Of a stretch of DNA of 64,000 bases, positions 46,431-56,119 are shown piece after piece. The DNA lies in the NCBI GenBank assembly GCA_016223105.1, contig JACRPR010000072.1:7982-71981 (forward strand), given 5' to 3'. The number at the start of each line of letters is the position of its first letter. Positions within the stretch are counted from its first letter, which is position 1. Under the pieces are notes generated by a model, which did not search any database, was not told where the DNA came from, and worked only from the letters and a program-made list of their open reading frames with translations. The DNA comes from Chloroflexota bacterium (GTDB lineage Bacteria > Chloroflexota > Anaerolineae > UBA4142). A program made the translations under genes and the position numbers.

Positions 46431-46633
46431 GAACTACCGATTTCTTCCGCGAGCGGCGCGAGCAATTCCAACTTCCACGGTTCGACGCGCGGCGCGACGG
46501 AACACGCGGTACTCAAAATATATCCGCCGCCGATTTTGCCGATGTTAATTCGTTCGCCTGCTTCCGCGATCACTTGATCGCGCGTTTCATAATCGAGCAA
46601 CGCGACCGAGTTCAAGTTTCCTTTGATGAACAA
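46397..46633 (-). pseudogene. C-terminal remnant of a URO-D/MtaA-family (uroporphyrinogen-decarboxylase-like) gene
   Basis: Only ~80 codons (…AEAKRRIGAKLFIKGNLNSVALLDYETRDQVIAEAGERINIGKIGGGYILSTACSVAP…) survive. No N-terminal ~250 aa. Both ends run into repeat elements. Confidence 0.45.
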
Positions 46634-46670
46634 CTTTGCGCCGATGCGTCGTTTCGCTTCTGCGAGTAAA

Positions 46671-46726
46671 GGATGAGGGATGAAGGATGAAGGATGAAAA
46701 TTCAGGCGGAGCGTTCATCCTTCACC
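46671..46726. repeat. Word-repeat hairpin (GGATGAA words)
   Basis: GGATGAGGGATGAAGGATGAAGGATGAAAATTCAGGCGGAGCGTTCATCCTTCACC. Confidence 0.7.
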
Positions 46727-46729
46727 CGT

Positions 46730-47884
46730 TCAATACAGCAAGTATTTTTTTCTGATCAGATCAAACCGCGCGAGATCGGCGTCCCACGCGCGCGTGATAG
46801 TTTCGATGGAATGATTCGCGATCAACCCTTCGCGCACGCGCACATCGCCGGTGAGCAAATCGAAATGCGGTGGGCGACCTTCCCAACTCGTTTGCAAAAA
46901 CTCGAATTGATTTGGCGCGAGCGCGCGGCAAGTCGCGATAACATGCAAGCCGGTCGGAATCGCGCGGAACGCGTTGCGGTCGGTGATGTGCAATTGCGCG
47001 CCGAAACATTCGACGCCCGCGTGTTTGCTCGAACACGGCGTGAATGCAATCGGACGAAAAATCACGCCGGCGAGTTTCAACGCGTTGAGCGATTCCGCGA
47101 GCGCGTAGCCATCGAGAAACGGCGCGCCGACAATTTCAAACGGGAACGGCGTGCCGCGCCCTTCGGAAAGATTTGTGCCTTCGATGAAACACATTCCCGG
47201 GTACGGAATCGTCGTCGCGAAATTTGGAATGCCGGGCGATGGCGTAACCCAGGTCAAGCCGGTTTCATCGAACCACATTGCGCGATCCCAGTCGCGCATT
47301 TCAATCACGCGCAAATCCGCGTTGATGTTCAACTCGCGATTGTAGAATCGCGCGAGTTCGCCGAGCGTCATTCCGAATCGAATCGGGAGCGCGCCGTGCC
47401 CGATGAACGATTGCAAACCTGGGTCGAGCAGTGCGCCTTCGATGATTCTGCCGGTGATTGGATTCGGGCGATCCAAAACGATGAGCGGTTTTTGATTTTC
47501 CGCGCAGGATTCGAGCGCGAGTCCGAGTGTCGCGGTGTAGGTGTAAAAGCGCGCGCCGACATCTTGCAGATCGAAAAGCAAAATGTCCACATCCGTGAGC
47601 ATTGCGCGCGTCGGCTTGCGAATCTTACCATAGAGCGAATAGACCGGCAACCCCGTGCGCGCATCGCGCCCCGATTCGACTGCCGCGCCGTCCGCCGCAG
47701 ACGCGCTGAATCCGTGTTCGGGTCCGAATAGCGCGACGAGATGCACGCCCGCGTCGCGCAACGCGTCCACGTTCGAACGCAGATCGCGCGTAACGCCGGT
47801 TGGGTTCGTGATCAGACCGACGCGTTGGTTACAAAGCACATCCAATTTTTCGGTGAGTAAAATTTCGAGACCGGTTTGAATCAT
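46730..47884 (-). CDS. DUF1343 family protein (NamZ-like exo-beta-N-acetylmuramidase candidate)
   Basis: 384 aa. RVGLITNPTGV, LFGPEHGF and DLQDVGARFYTY motifs characteristic of DUF1343. Confidence 0.8.
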   Translation of the reverse strand: MIQTGLEILLTEKLDVLCNQRVGLITNPTGVTRDLRSNVDALRDAGVHLVALFGPEHGFSASAADGAAVESGRDARTGLPVYSLYGKIRKPTRAMLTDVDILLFDLQDVGARFYTYTATLGLALESCAENQKPLIVLDRPNPITGRIIEGALLDPGLQSFIGHGALPIRFGMTLGELARFYNRELNINADLRVIEMRDWDRAMWFDETGLTWVTPSPGIPNFATTIPYPGMCFIEGTNLSEGRGTPFPFEIVGAPFLDGYALAESLNALKLAGVIFRPIAFTPCSSKHAGVECFGAQLHITDRNAFRAIPTGLHVIATCRALAPNQFEFLQTSWEGRPPHFDLLTGDVRVREGLIANHSIETITRAWDADLARFDLIRKKYLLY

Positions 47885-47899
47885 AGTCGAATACTCTTT

Positions 47900-48072
47900 G
47901 GAGTCGAGCGTTTACGCGGTAACTTGACAAAGGAGATTGATCGAGAATTCGCGTCAACGAATCGCTTCGCGCAACGAATAAACGAATCGCGGGCGGTGTC
48001 AGCATATTCGTTTATTCGTTCAAAATTCCTAGACGCGGAATTTCCAATGCAACCCGCTAAAGCGTCGAATCC
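47900..48072 (-). repeat. Family M element in inverse orientation with a ~110-bp insert replacing the variable core
   Basis: Ends are GGAGTCGAGCGTTTACGCGGT... and ...CAACCCGCTAAAGCGTCGAATCC. The interior contains its own hairpin GAACGAATAAACGAAT/ATTCGTTTATTCGTTC. Confidence 0.7.
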
Positions 48073-48074
48073 AG

Positions 48075-48102
48075 AATTGCCAATTACCAATTACCGATTG
48101 CC
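48075..48102 (+). repeat. CAATTAC-type word run supplying the stop codon of anmK::murQ
   Basis: GAATTGCCAATTACCAATTACCGATTGCC. On the minus strand it reads ...GGC AAT CGG TAA (GNR*). Confidence 0.7.
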
Positions 48103-50151
48103 CAACGCGCCGCGCACCGAACCACCCGCCGCGCGCAAACGTCGCCGCGCGTCGTCCGCCGAAACACGCGCGAGCGCGATCACAATCGCGGTCTTCACTT
48201 CGCCGTCCGCGCGCGCGAGCAATTGCTCCGCCTCGTCCTCCGCGATGCGCGCCGCGGTCGCGACGATGCGCCGCGCGCGGTCGCGCAGTTTCACATTCGT
48301 CGCTTGCACATCCACCATCAAATTGCCGAACGTTTTGCCAAGCCGGATCATTACGCCGGTGCTGAGTTTGTTCAGCACCAATTTTTGCGCGGTGCCGGAT
48401 TTCATCCGCGTCGAACCGGCGATCACTTCGGGCCCGACGAGCGGCGCGATGTTGATCTGCGCGACATCCTGGATCGGCGCGGGGCGATTGCACGCGACCG
48501 AGATCGTCAGCGCGCCGCGCGCGTGCGCTTCGATCAACGCGCCGATCACATACGGCGTGCGCCCGCTCGCCGCGAGCCCGACGACCGAATCGCGCGCGGA
48601 CACATTCAAATTCGCGAGATCGAGTTTGCCTTGCTCCGCGTCATCCTCCGCGCCTTCAATCGAACGCGTGATCGCCGCGTTGCCGCCCGCGATGATCGCG
48701 ATCACTTGATCGGGGCGCGTGCTAAATGTCGGCGGCATTTCCGACGCGTCGAGCACACCGAGCCGCCCCGACGTGCCTGCGCCGATGTAAATCAACCGAC
48801 CACCCGCGCGCATCCGTTCCGCAATCGCGTCCACCGCTTGCGCGATGTGCGGCAGTTCAACCGCAACCGCGTGCGCGACGCGTTGATCTTCCGCGTTGAT
48901 GCGCCGCAACATTTCGAGCGTGGACAACGTATCAATCTCCGCTGTCGCGGGGTTGTGCGCTTCGGTGAAGTTGGAGGTTGGATGTTCGATGTTGGAAGTT
49001 GGACGCGCGCCGGGGGTGATGTTGCCGAGAATGACCGGATGCCGCGCGCCGGTTGCCGCGGGGACATTGCCGGCGCGCTGAAACCAGGTCTCGTGCGCGA
49101 GAATCGCGAACGCGAGCGCTTCTTTCGCTTCGCTCGCGACGCCCAGCTCATCAATAGCGATCACGCGCGCGGGCGCGAGCAAATCGCGCAGAATTTGCAT
49201 CAAGGTTCGATTCAACGCGCCGCCGCCGGAAACGATCACCTCGTCCACGCGCGTCGGCAGAAAATCGCGATACGCTTGCGCGATCGAGTGCGCGGTGAAC
49301 GCGGTGAGCGTCGCGATAATGTCGTGATCGGAAATGCCGCGCGCTTTTGCGCGCTCCCACACCGGCGCGCCGAATTGCGCGCCGAACAATTCGCGCCCGG
49401 TTGTTTTTGGCGGCGATTGTTGCAAGTACGGTTCGTTCATCAACTCGCGCAAGAGTTGATCATTCACGCGACCTTGCGCGGCGAGCGCGCCATCGCGATC
49501 AAATGTTTGCGCGCCATTCGTCGCGCGTTGCGTCGCGTAATCAATCAGCATATTGCCGGGACCGGTGTCGAACGCGAATGGCGGTAGGGGCGACGCATGC
49601 GTCGCCCCTACCGGCGGCAAATACGTCACATTCCCAATGCCGCCAATGTTCTGCGCGGCGCGCGTCAAAACGGGATGCGCGAACAATATCACGTCGAGGT
49701 GCGGCACGAGCGGCGCGCCTTGTCCGCCCGCCGCCATATCGCGCGTGCGAAAATTTGAAATCGTCGTGATGCCAGTGCGCTCCGCGATCACCGCCGGTTC
49801 GCCGAGTTGCATTGTGGACGCGTCCTTGCCTTCGGGAATATGCCACAGCGTTTGACCGTGACTGCCGATGAGATCGACCTGGTCCGGTTGCAGTTGCGCG
49901 CGCGCGATCACATCGAGCGCGGCGCGCGCGAACGCTTCGCCGAGTTGAAAGTTGAGCGCGCACAAACGATCCACCGTGCCGTGCGCGGGGCGAAAGCACG
50001 CGAGAATTTCGTCGCGCAACGCGGGATCGAAATGCGCGTGATGATGCGCGCGCAGTTTCCATTCGAGCGCGGGCGGTGCGCCGGTAATTTCGACGACGAC
50101 GGCATCAATGCCATCTGCGGATGTGCCTGAAATCATTCCAACGACAAGCAT
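48091..50151 (-). CDS. anmK-murQ: AnmK::MurQ fusion: anhydro-N-acetylmuramic acid kinase fused to N-acetylmuramic acid-6-phosphate etherase
   Basis: A single 686-codon frame. N-terminus [18 protein letters not shown] (AnmK). C-terminal SIS domain [25 protein letters not shown] (MurQ). The linker is repeat-encoded. Confidence 0.85.
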   Translation of the reverse strand: MLVVGMISGTSADGIDAVVVEITGAPPALEWKLRAHHHAHFDPALRDEILACFRPAHGTVDRLCALNFQLGEAFARAALDVIARAQLQPDQVDLIGSHGQTLWHIPEGKDASTMQLGEPAVIAERTGITTISNFRTRDMAAGGQGAPLVPHLDVILFAHPVLTRAAQNIGGIGNVTYLPPVGATHASPLPPFAFDTGPGNMLIDYATQRATNGAQTFDRDGALAAQGRVNDQLLRELMNEPYLQQSPPKTTGRELFGAQFGAPVWERAKARGISDHDIIATLTAFTAHSIAQAYRDFLPTRVDEVIVSGGGALNRTLMQILRDLLAPARVIAIDELGVASEAKEALAFAILAHETWFQRAGNVPAATGARHPVILGNITPGARPTSNIEHPTSNFTEAHNPATAEIDTLSTLEMLRRINAEDQRVAHAVAVELPHIAQAVDAIAERMRAGGRLIYIGAGTSGRLGVLDASEMPPTFSTRPDQVIAIIAGGNAAITRSIEGAEDDAEQGKLDLANLNVSARDSVVGLAASGRTPYVIGALIEAHARGALTISVACNRPAPIQDVAQINIAPLVGPEVIAGSTRMKSGTAQKLVLNKLSTGVMIRLGKTFGNLMVDVQATNVKLRDRARRIVATAARIAEDEAEQLLARADGEVKTAIVIALARVSADDARRRLRAAGGSVRGALGNR
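48967..49003 (+). repeat. GGAAGTT/GGATGTT word run forming the AnmK-MurQ linker
   Basis: GAAGTTGGAGGTTGGATGTTCGATGTTGGAAGTTGGA, translated on the minus strand as [13 protein letters not shown]. Confidence 0.8.
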
Positions 50152-50162
50152 AATTTAATCCT

Positions 50163-50262
50163 GGGGGTTGGAAGAGTGTCATTCCGAACGAAGTGAGGAA
50201 TCTCCTGTTCGTCACGCGAGACACTTTGCTTTTCCAACTTCCAACATCTAATTCCCGACTTC
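50163..50262. repeat. Nested hairpin (outer GGAAGTT words, inner GTCATTCCGAACGAAGTGAGGAATCTCC element) between the GntR gene and anmK::murQ
   Basis: GGGGGTTGGAAG-AGTGTCATTCCGAACGAAGTGAGGAATCTCCTGTTCGTCACGCGAGACACT-TTGCTTTTCCAACTTCCAAC. Confidence 0.7.
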
Positions 50263-50985
50263 CAACGTCGAGTGGAATTTGTAACGGTCGCCGCGATAGA
50301 TTGAATGAACGTGTTCGATCAAGATGCCTTGGTCGGTATACGTCACGCGTTCCATTTTGAGCACCGGCGCGGGCAAGTCCAATCGCAACAATGTGGCTTG
50401 GCGCGCGTCGGCGAGCCCGGCTTCGATCGTTTGTTCCGCGCGCGTGAGTCGAAAACCGTACTCGTGTTCAAGCACCGCGTAAAGCGATTCGGTTGCGAAA
50501 TCGTGCCGAAGCAAATTTGGAACGCGCGCGTGCGGAATGTGGACGGTTTCAATCGCGAGCGGTATTTTGTCGGCGATGCGGAGACGCGCGAGCAAAACGG
50601 TTTCGGAATTGGGGAGAATGTTCAACCGTTGCGCGAGCGCGTCATCCGCGCGCACGATCCGCGCTTTGAGTACGCGCGATGCGGGGTGACTACCGCGCGC
50701 TTGGACATCCTGGCTAAAGCCGGAGAGCGTTTTGAGTTCCTGATCAATTTTGGGCGTGTTCGCGAACGTGCCTTTGCCGATGCGACTGTAGATCAAACCT
50801 TCGCGCGTGAGATCGAGCAATGCCTGCCGCACGGTCATACGACTGACGCGAAAACGCGCGCACAGATCGCGTTCGGAGGGAAGTTGCTGGTGCGCGCGCA
50901 ATTTGCCGGCAAGAATGTCGGCACGGAGTGAATCTTTAAGTTGGGCGTACAACGGGAGGGGGTGGTTGCGGTTCAGACGCGCCAT
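50248..50985 (-). CDS. GntR/HutC-family transcriptional regulator (UTRA effector domain)
   Basis: ATG 50985. wHTH region LPSERDLCARFRVSRMTVRQALLDL. C-terminal UTRA-like region. Confidence 0.85.
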   Translation of the reverse strand: MARLNRNHPLPLYAQLKDSLRADILAGKLRAHQQLPSERDLCARFRVSRMTVRQALLDLTREGLIYSRIGKGTFANTPKIDQELKTLSGFSQDVQARGSHPASRVLKARIVRADDALAQRLNILPNSETVLLARLRIADKIPLAIETVHIPHARVPNLLRHDFATESLYAVLEHEYGFRLTRAEQTIEAGLADARQATLLRLDLPAPVLKMERVTYTDQGILIEHVHSIYRGDRYKFHSTLEVGN

Positions 50986-51000
50986 TGCGACTCCAATCAA

Positions 51001-51024
51001 CTGGTTATAACCGGTATAGACCAG
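51001..51024. promoter_or_regulatory. Candidate GntR/HutC operator (dre-like inverted repeat)
   Basis: CTGGTTATAACC|GGTATAGACCAG, imperfect dyad, 16 nt upstream of the regulator start codon. Confidence 0.45.
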
Positions 51025-51175
51025 TTTGGATTATAGCGAATATGTCGGCGCGTGTCAAAAACGAATTTTACAGCCCAAAGCGAATCGCCTTCTCTCTTCG
51101 CACGGGAGAAGGCGATTCATTCTTGCGGAAGATGTCTCGTACGCGAATTAGCAATCGTGGCGGAGAGAATGATTC

Positions 51176-51619
51176 CTATGCTTTCGCTTGCGCTTTCGGA
51201 TAAACATAGTCTACCATCCACTGCACGCCGAACTTGTCCGTGAAACTTCCATAGTAATCGCCCCAGGGCGCATCGGCGATAGGTTGCTCGATCACGCCGC
51301 CCGCGGACAGGGCGTGAAAGATCCGGTCCGCTTCGGCTTTGCTGTCCGGCTGGATTGATATGCGGACATTGTTGCCCGGCATCAATTTTTGCCCAAATGC
51401 TTCAAGCGTATCGGACGCCATCAAGACATCCTCTTTGCCGATTGGCAAGCCGATGTGCATAATTTTATTCGCGTGCTCATTGGGAATATTCATCCCTTCC
51501 ATCGGCATATCCTTGAAGCGGGTCAGCGAGGTGAACTCGCCGCCAAAAACGGACTTGAAAAAGTTGAACACTTGCTCGGTGTTGCCCGCAAAGTTGAGAT
51601 AGATGTTCAGTTTTGTCAT
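51176..51619 (-). CDS. VOC (glyoxalase/PhnB-like) family protein
   Basis: 147 aa. ...PWGDYYGSFTDKFGVQWMV C-terminal pattern of PhnB/3-demethylubiquinone methyltransferase-like VOC proteins. Confidence 0.6.
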   Translation of the reverse strand: MTKLNIYLNFAGNTEQVFNFFKSVFGGEFTSLTRFKDMPMEGMNIPNEHANKIMHIGLPIGKEDVLMASDTLEAFGQKLMPGNNVRISIQPDSKAEADRIFHALSAGGVIEQPIADAPWGDYYGSFTDKFGVQWMVDYVYPKAQAKA

Positions 51620-51624
51620 ACCGA

Positions 51625-52572
51625 TTATCTCCTTTCGCCCTTGAATGCTTGCTCTAATTTCGCAATGTCGTATTTCTTCATCGGCAAGAACGCTTGGGTC
51701 ACGCGATCAATTTGTTCTGGAGTGCCGCGGCTCATCATCGCGTCCATCGCGGTGGGAGCAATCTGCCAGGAGAGACCATATTGATCTTTGAGCCAACCAC
51801 ACTGTTCCGCCTCGGCAACCGCAGAGAGTTTTTCCCAGTAATAATCAATTTCATTTTGATTATCACAGCGCACGATGAAAGAGATGGCTTCATTGAAGGC
51901 AAAGTTATGTTCGTGGGCACTGTCCATCGCGGCAAACCATTGACCCTCAAGCATGAAATCGGAAAACATGATCGTTCCTTCTTTGTCTGGTTCCTGCCCC
52001 TTGCCATAGCGGAGGACATTGCCGGGTTTTACATTCTTAAACACGGAACGATAGAAATGTGCCGCTTCCTCCGCCTTTCCGCATACCTTGCCGACGAACA
52101 TAAGGAAAGGCGCGATAAAAGCACGTTCCTCGCCGGCAAAGGGACGTTCCGCGTCGGCGGGGTTTGACAAAATCAGTTGCCATGAAAGCCCGTATTTGTC
52201 CGCGACCCAGCCAAAGCGATCACTGAACGGATACTTGTCAAGCGGCATCAGCGCGGTGCCGCCGTCGGATAATTTCTCCCACAGTGCGTCGAGATTCTTG
52301 CGCGCGGTCTTGTCCCGCGATGAGTCAAAGTTGACGATGAACGACACGGACGGATTGAATTTGAAAAGTGGTCCTGCGCTGATCGCCATAAACGGCTGAC
52401 CGGCAAGTTCAAACGAAACAATGTCCACATCGCCTGATGGCGTATCGCGCAGTGTCGTGATGTTTGTGATCTTCGAGCCGTTCCCAAAAGCGGAGACATA
52501 GAATTCGCCCGCCTCCCGCGCGTGTTTGTCAAACCACAAGTTGGGTGTAATTTTGTGATTGAAGATGGTCAT
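51625..52572 (-). CDS. Two-domain VOC (PhnB/YjdN-like) family protein
   Basis: 315 aa with two repeats each ending in ...(R/Q)(F/Y)G(W/L)(V/S)...YGLSWQ(L/I). Confidence 0.6.
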   Translation of the reverse strand: MTIFNHKITPNLWFDKHAREAGEFYVSAFGNGSKITNITTLRDTPSGDVDIVSFELAGQPFMAISAGPLFKFNPSVSFIVNFDSSRDKTARKNLDALWEKLSDGGTALMPLDKYPFSDRFGWVADKYGLSWQLILSNPADAERPFAGEERAFIAPFLMFVGKVCGKAEEAAHFYRSVFKNVKPGNVLRYGKGQEPDKEGTIMFSDFMLEGQWFAAMDSAHEHNFAFNEAISFIVRCDNQNEIDYYWEKLSAVAEAEQCGWLKDQYGLSWQIAPTAMDAMMSRGTPEQIDRVTQAFLPMKKYDIAKLEQAFKGERR

Positions 52573-52703
52573 ACTTGTTCCTCCTTACTTGACCTCATTT
52601 AGATGACTCGTATCACCGCTCCATTGGTAAGTATAGAACATTTGTCCGCTAAAATATACCACGAAAATACGGACGCGTGCATCAAGATTTCGTTTGAAAA
52701 AGT

Positions 52704-52740
52704 AAAAACCCGAAGGGTCTGAGAGACCCTTCGGGTTTTT
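52704..52740 (-). terminator. Family P-like palindrome with flanking A/T runs, terminator of the liv operon
   Basis: AAAAACCCGAAGGGTCTGAGAGACCCTTCGGGTTTTT, 7 nt after the stop at 52747. Confidence 0.8.
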
Positions 52741-52746
52741 ATTCCA

Positions 52747-53457
52747 TCACAATCCCAGGTACGCCTTGCGCACACTTTCCATCTCGCGCACCTGTTTCGC
52801 TTCGCCCTCCGTTTCGATGCGTCCGTTTGCCATCACGTACGCGTAATCACTCACGGCGAGCGCCATTTGCACATTCTGTTCGACCAGGAGCATCGTATAT
52901 CCTTCGGCTTTCAACTTGCGAATCACTTCGAACAGATTCAACACGAGGAGCGGCGAAAGACCGAGCGAGAGTTCATCGAACATGAGAATCTTGGGCTTGC
53001 CCATCAACCCGCGCGCGATCGCGAGCATTTGTTGTTCGCCGCCGGAAAGCGTGCCGGAAACTTGCGCGCGGCGTTCTTTCAAACGCGGCAAAAGTTCAAA
53101 GACCCATTCGAGATTTTTTTTGTACTCGCCGCGCGCGCTTCCCGGCGTCGCGCCCATTTCCAAATTTTCTTGCACGGTCATATCGGTAAAGAGTTGGCGA
53201 CCTTCTGGCACGAGCACCAACCCCATCTGCGCTTTGTCGTGCGGCGAAAGTTTGGTTACGTCGCGGCTATCGAAATGCACACTGCCTTGCATCGCCGGCA
53301 GTAAACCCATCACCGTGCGGAGAAGCGTCGTTTTGCCTGCGCCATTCGAGCCGACGAGCGAAGTCAATTTCCCCGGTTGCAATTTCAGCGAAACGCCCCA
53401 CAGGATTTGCACTTGCCCGTATCCCGATTCAACGTTTTTGATTTCAAGCGTAGCCAT
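52747..53457 (-). CDS. livF: Branched-chain amino-acid ABC transporter ATP-binding protein
   Basis: Walker A GSNGAGKTT, signature LSGGEQQM, Walker B MFDELSLGL. Confidence 0.85.
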   Translation of the reverse strand: MATLEIKNVESGYGQVQILWGVSLKLQPGKLTSLVGSNGAGKTTLLRTVMGLLPAMQGSVHFDSRDVTKLSPHDKAQMGLVLVPEGRQLFTDMTVQENLEMGATPGSARGEYKKNLEWVFELLPRLKERRAQVSGTLSGGEQQMLAIARGLMGKPKILMFDELSLGLSPLLVLNLFEVIRKLKAEGYTMLLVEQNVQMALAVSDYAYVMANGRIETEGEAKQVREMESVRKAYLGL

Positions 53458-54203
53458 TATCCGCCCTCCAGAAATCTTTGCGCGACTTTGGGATCGCCGA
53501 GGTACGCTTCGATGACGCGCTCATTCGCCGACACTTCTGCCGGCGTGCCTTCCGCGATTTTCGCGCCGTAATCCAACACGACGACGCGATCCGAAAGATT
53601 CATCACCGCGTGCATCAAGTGTTCGATCATCATAATCGTTACACCCTGCCCGCGCACCTTGCGAATCACGGCGACCATCCCGGCGACTTCTTGCTCATTC
53701 AATCCGGCAAGCACTTCGTCAAGCAAAATCAAAATCGGTTTTTGCGCGAGCGCGCGCGCGAGCTCGAGCCGTTTCTTTTGCGCGACGTTGAGTTTCGCGG
53801 CAAGCATCTCGGCGCGATCCTTCAGTCCGACGAACTCGAGCACTTCGTCCGCGATTTTGGATGCCGCGTCCAAGCCATGTTTTTCGCGACCGAAACACGC
53901 GCCGACCGTTACATTTTCGCGCACGGTCAACTCGTTGAGCGGGCGCACGATTTGATGCGTGCGCGACATGCCCATTTGCGCGAGCGCGAACGGCGGCTTG
54001 CCGGTCATATCCGCGCCGCGAAAAATGACGCGTCCCTCGGTCGGCGGAAACACGCCGTTGACCGCGTTGAACAAGGTCGTCTTGCCCGCGCCGTTCGGTC
54101 CGATCAATCCCAGGATTTCATTTTCTTTGACGGTGAAGGACACTTTGTCGAGCGCGAGCAAACCCCCAAAGCGTCGGCTCACGTTTTGGATTTCGAGAAT
54201 CAT
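53457..54203 (-). CDS. livG: Branched-chain amino-acid ABC transporter ATP-binding protein
   Basis: ATG 54203 overlaps the livM stop (ATGA). Walker A GPNGAGKTT. LivG-type C-terminal extension. Confidence 0.85.
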   Translation of the reverse strand: MILEIQNVSRRFGGLLALDKVSFTVKENEILGLIGPNGAGKTTLFNAVNGVFPPTEGRVIFRGADMTGKPPFALAQMGMSRTHQIVRPLNELTVRENVTVGACFGREKHGLDAASKIADEVLEFVGLKDRAEMLAAKLNVAQKKRLELARALAQKPILILLDEVLAGLNEQEVAGMVAVIRKVRGQGVTIMMIEHLMHAVMNLSDRVVVLDYGAKIAEGTPAEVSANERVIEAYLGDPKVAQRFLEGG

Positions 54204-55168
54204 TCCAAATACCTCCGCAGAACCGGCGATTGTTGGCGCAACCAACCGATCACCCCAGCCGTAACGAACAAGACGATGATGAGCAGTAACGCGCCGGAGA
54301 TAACGAGGTGCGCGTTGCTGAACGTAGGATCGGTGATCAAGAAACCGCGCAAGCGTTCGTACACGAACGCGCCGATGATTGGACCGGTGACCGTGCCGAA
54401 TCCGCCGAGCATCACCATCACGAGCGCTTCAATCGAACGATGCAGTTCGAACGCGGGACCGGGTTCGATGTTGCCGTTCTTGAAGAAAAAGAGCGCGCCC
54501 GCGAGCGCGGGAAAGAACGCCGAGATCGCGTACGTCATTACTTTGGCGCGCGCCGGGTCAATGCCCAATACCATCGCGGTATCCTGGTCTTCGCGAATTG
54601 CCATCAACGCCAAACCGAATTTCGATTTCTTGATCATGAAACTCGCGGTGATCGTCAACAGCGCGACCAGGATGATTCCATAGTACGCGAGTTGCGACGC
54701 CTCTTTCGCGCCGCCGTACGCATCGTACACCGAAAATTGCAACAGCATCCCCACCGCGCCGCCGAGTTGATCAATGTTGGTCACCAGGGTGCGAAATGCT
54801 TCGTTGATGCCGATGGTCGCGAGCGCAAAGTACGCGCCGCGCAAACGCAGAACCGGCATGCCCATCAAAAACGCGATCAGACTCGCGACGCCGCCGCCGA
54901 TGAGCGCGGCGAGCGCGACGTGCATTTGCAAAGTCTGCACCAGGAAGAAACCGGTGTAACCGCCGATGCCGAAGAAAACAATGTGTCCGAAACTCACATA
55001 GCCGGTGTAACCCATAATGATGTTGACGCTAGAGGCGAGTATGATGAGCATCAACAGGACAAAGAGTTCTTCGCGCAACGCCGGCAAGTTCGCGATCATT
55101 GGAATTAACGCGACGGCGAGGACAACGAGCAAAACGATCCAGAGCGAGGGACTGGTTAATACTTTCAT
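54200..55168 (-). CDS. livM: Branched-chain amino-acid ABC transporter permease
   Basis: 322 aa polytopic. GYTGYVSFGH motif. Confidence 0.85.
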   Translation of the reverse strand: MKVLTSPSLWIVLLVVLAVALIPMIANLPALREELFVLLMLIILASSVNIIMGYTGYVSFGHIVFFGIGGYTGFFLVQTLQMHVALAALIGGGVASLIAFLMGMPVLRLRGAYFALATIGINEAFRTLVTNIDQLGGAVGMLLQFSVYDAYGGAKEASQLAYYGIILVALLTITASFMIKKSKFGLALMAIREDQDTAMVLGIDPARAKVMTYAISAFFPALAGALFFFKNGNIEPGPAFELHRSIEALVMVMLGGFGTVTGPIIGAFVYERLRGFLITDPTFSNAHLVISGALLLIIVLFVTAGVIGWLRQQSPVLRRYLE

Positions 55169-55169
55169 T

Positions 55170-56036
55170 TTAGCGCGCTCCCAGGATCCCGTTCGGACGG
55201 AACAACAGAATCAAAATGAACACGACGAACTCGAACACCGGCACATAACTGACCGGCATAAAAATCGTCGTGATACTTTCGAGCAAGCCGATGATGATGC
55301 CGCCGAGCAGTGCGCCGGTCGGATTGCCCAAGCCGCCGAGCACGACGATCACAAAACTTTTTGTTTCGAGTCCGCCGCCGGAGAGAACGGTGAAACCAAA
55401 GAGGGTTGCGAGGAGCGAACCGGCAACCATCGCCAGCACGGTGCCGATGCCGAAACTCAACGCGAGAATCCAGGATGAGTTGATGCCCATCAATTCCGCG
55501 GCGGCGCGATTGTTCGCGACCGCGCGAATGGATTTGCCGGTGTGCGTGCGATAGAGGAACGCGTAGAGCGCGCCGGTAACGAGCGAAGCGATCAACACCG
55601 CGACGACGCGCGTGCCGAGAACCGTGATCGTGCCGGCGCGAAACGAAGGCAGTTCGAGCGATAGCCCGCGCGGGCTGGTCGTAAACAAAATCGTCAGCGC
55701 GCCGATCAGCATCATATTCACGGAGAACGTCGCGAGCAGAGTCGTCAATTCCGGCGCGTTGATGACGCGATGCACCGCGACAAAGTACGTTACGATGCCG
55801 GTCACAAGTCCCAGCACAATGACAATCGGCAAAGCAACGTACGGATTAATGCCCAGGTTTTGACTCAACACCAGGACGGCGAACATGCCCATCACGATAA
55901 ACGGTCCGTGACCGAGATTGATCACTTTCATTACGCCAAAGATCAGCGTGAGCCCCATCGCCATCAAGCCAAAGACAAACCCGAGCGTCAACCCATCAAT
56001 GGACGAAGCGATCAAGACTTCAAAGTTCATTGTCAC
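55170..56036 (-). CDS. livH: Branched-chain amino-acid ABC transporter permease
   Basis: 288 aa polytopic. VINLGHGPF motif. Confidence 0.85.
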   Translation of the reverse strand: MTMNFEVLIASSIDGLTLGFVFGLMAMGLTLIFGVMKVINLGHGPFIVMGMFAVLVLSQNLGINPYVALPIVIVLGLVTGIVTYFVAVHRVINAPELTTLLATFSVNMMLIGALTILFTTSPRGLSLELPSFRAGTITVLGTRVVAVLIASLVTGALYAFLYRTHTGKSIRAVANNRAAAELMGINSSWILALSFGIGTVLAMVAGSLLATLFGFTVLSGGGLETKSFVIVVLGGLGNPTGALLGGIIIGLLESITTIFMPVSYVPVFEFVVFILILLFRPNGILGAR

Positions 56037-56059
56037 CTCTGTAGTTGCATAGTGAAATA

Positions 56060-56119
56060 GTTCGATAGTGCGATAGTTAAAAACTATCGCACTATCGAAC
56101 TAGGAAACTATCGCACTAT
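56060..56119. repeat. Word-repeat hairpin (CGATAGTG words) between the liv substrate-binding-protein gene and livH
   Basis: GTTCGATAGTGCGATAGTT-aaaa-AACTATCGCACTATCGAAC followed by TAGGAAACTATCGCACTAT. Confidence 0.8.

Noticed and set aside
48223-49587. 454-aa ORF on the + strand
   Set aside because: Antisense shadow of anmK::murQ. Arg-rich, with no motifs.
51176-52572. The two VOC genes as a horizontally acquired island
   Set aside because: They look somewhat less GC-rich by eye, but there is no integrase, tRNA, direct repeat or other boundary signal. I did not compute composition, so no island call is made.
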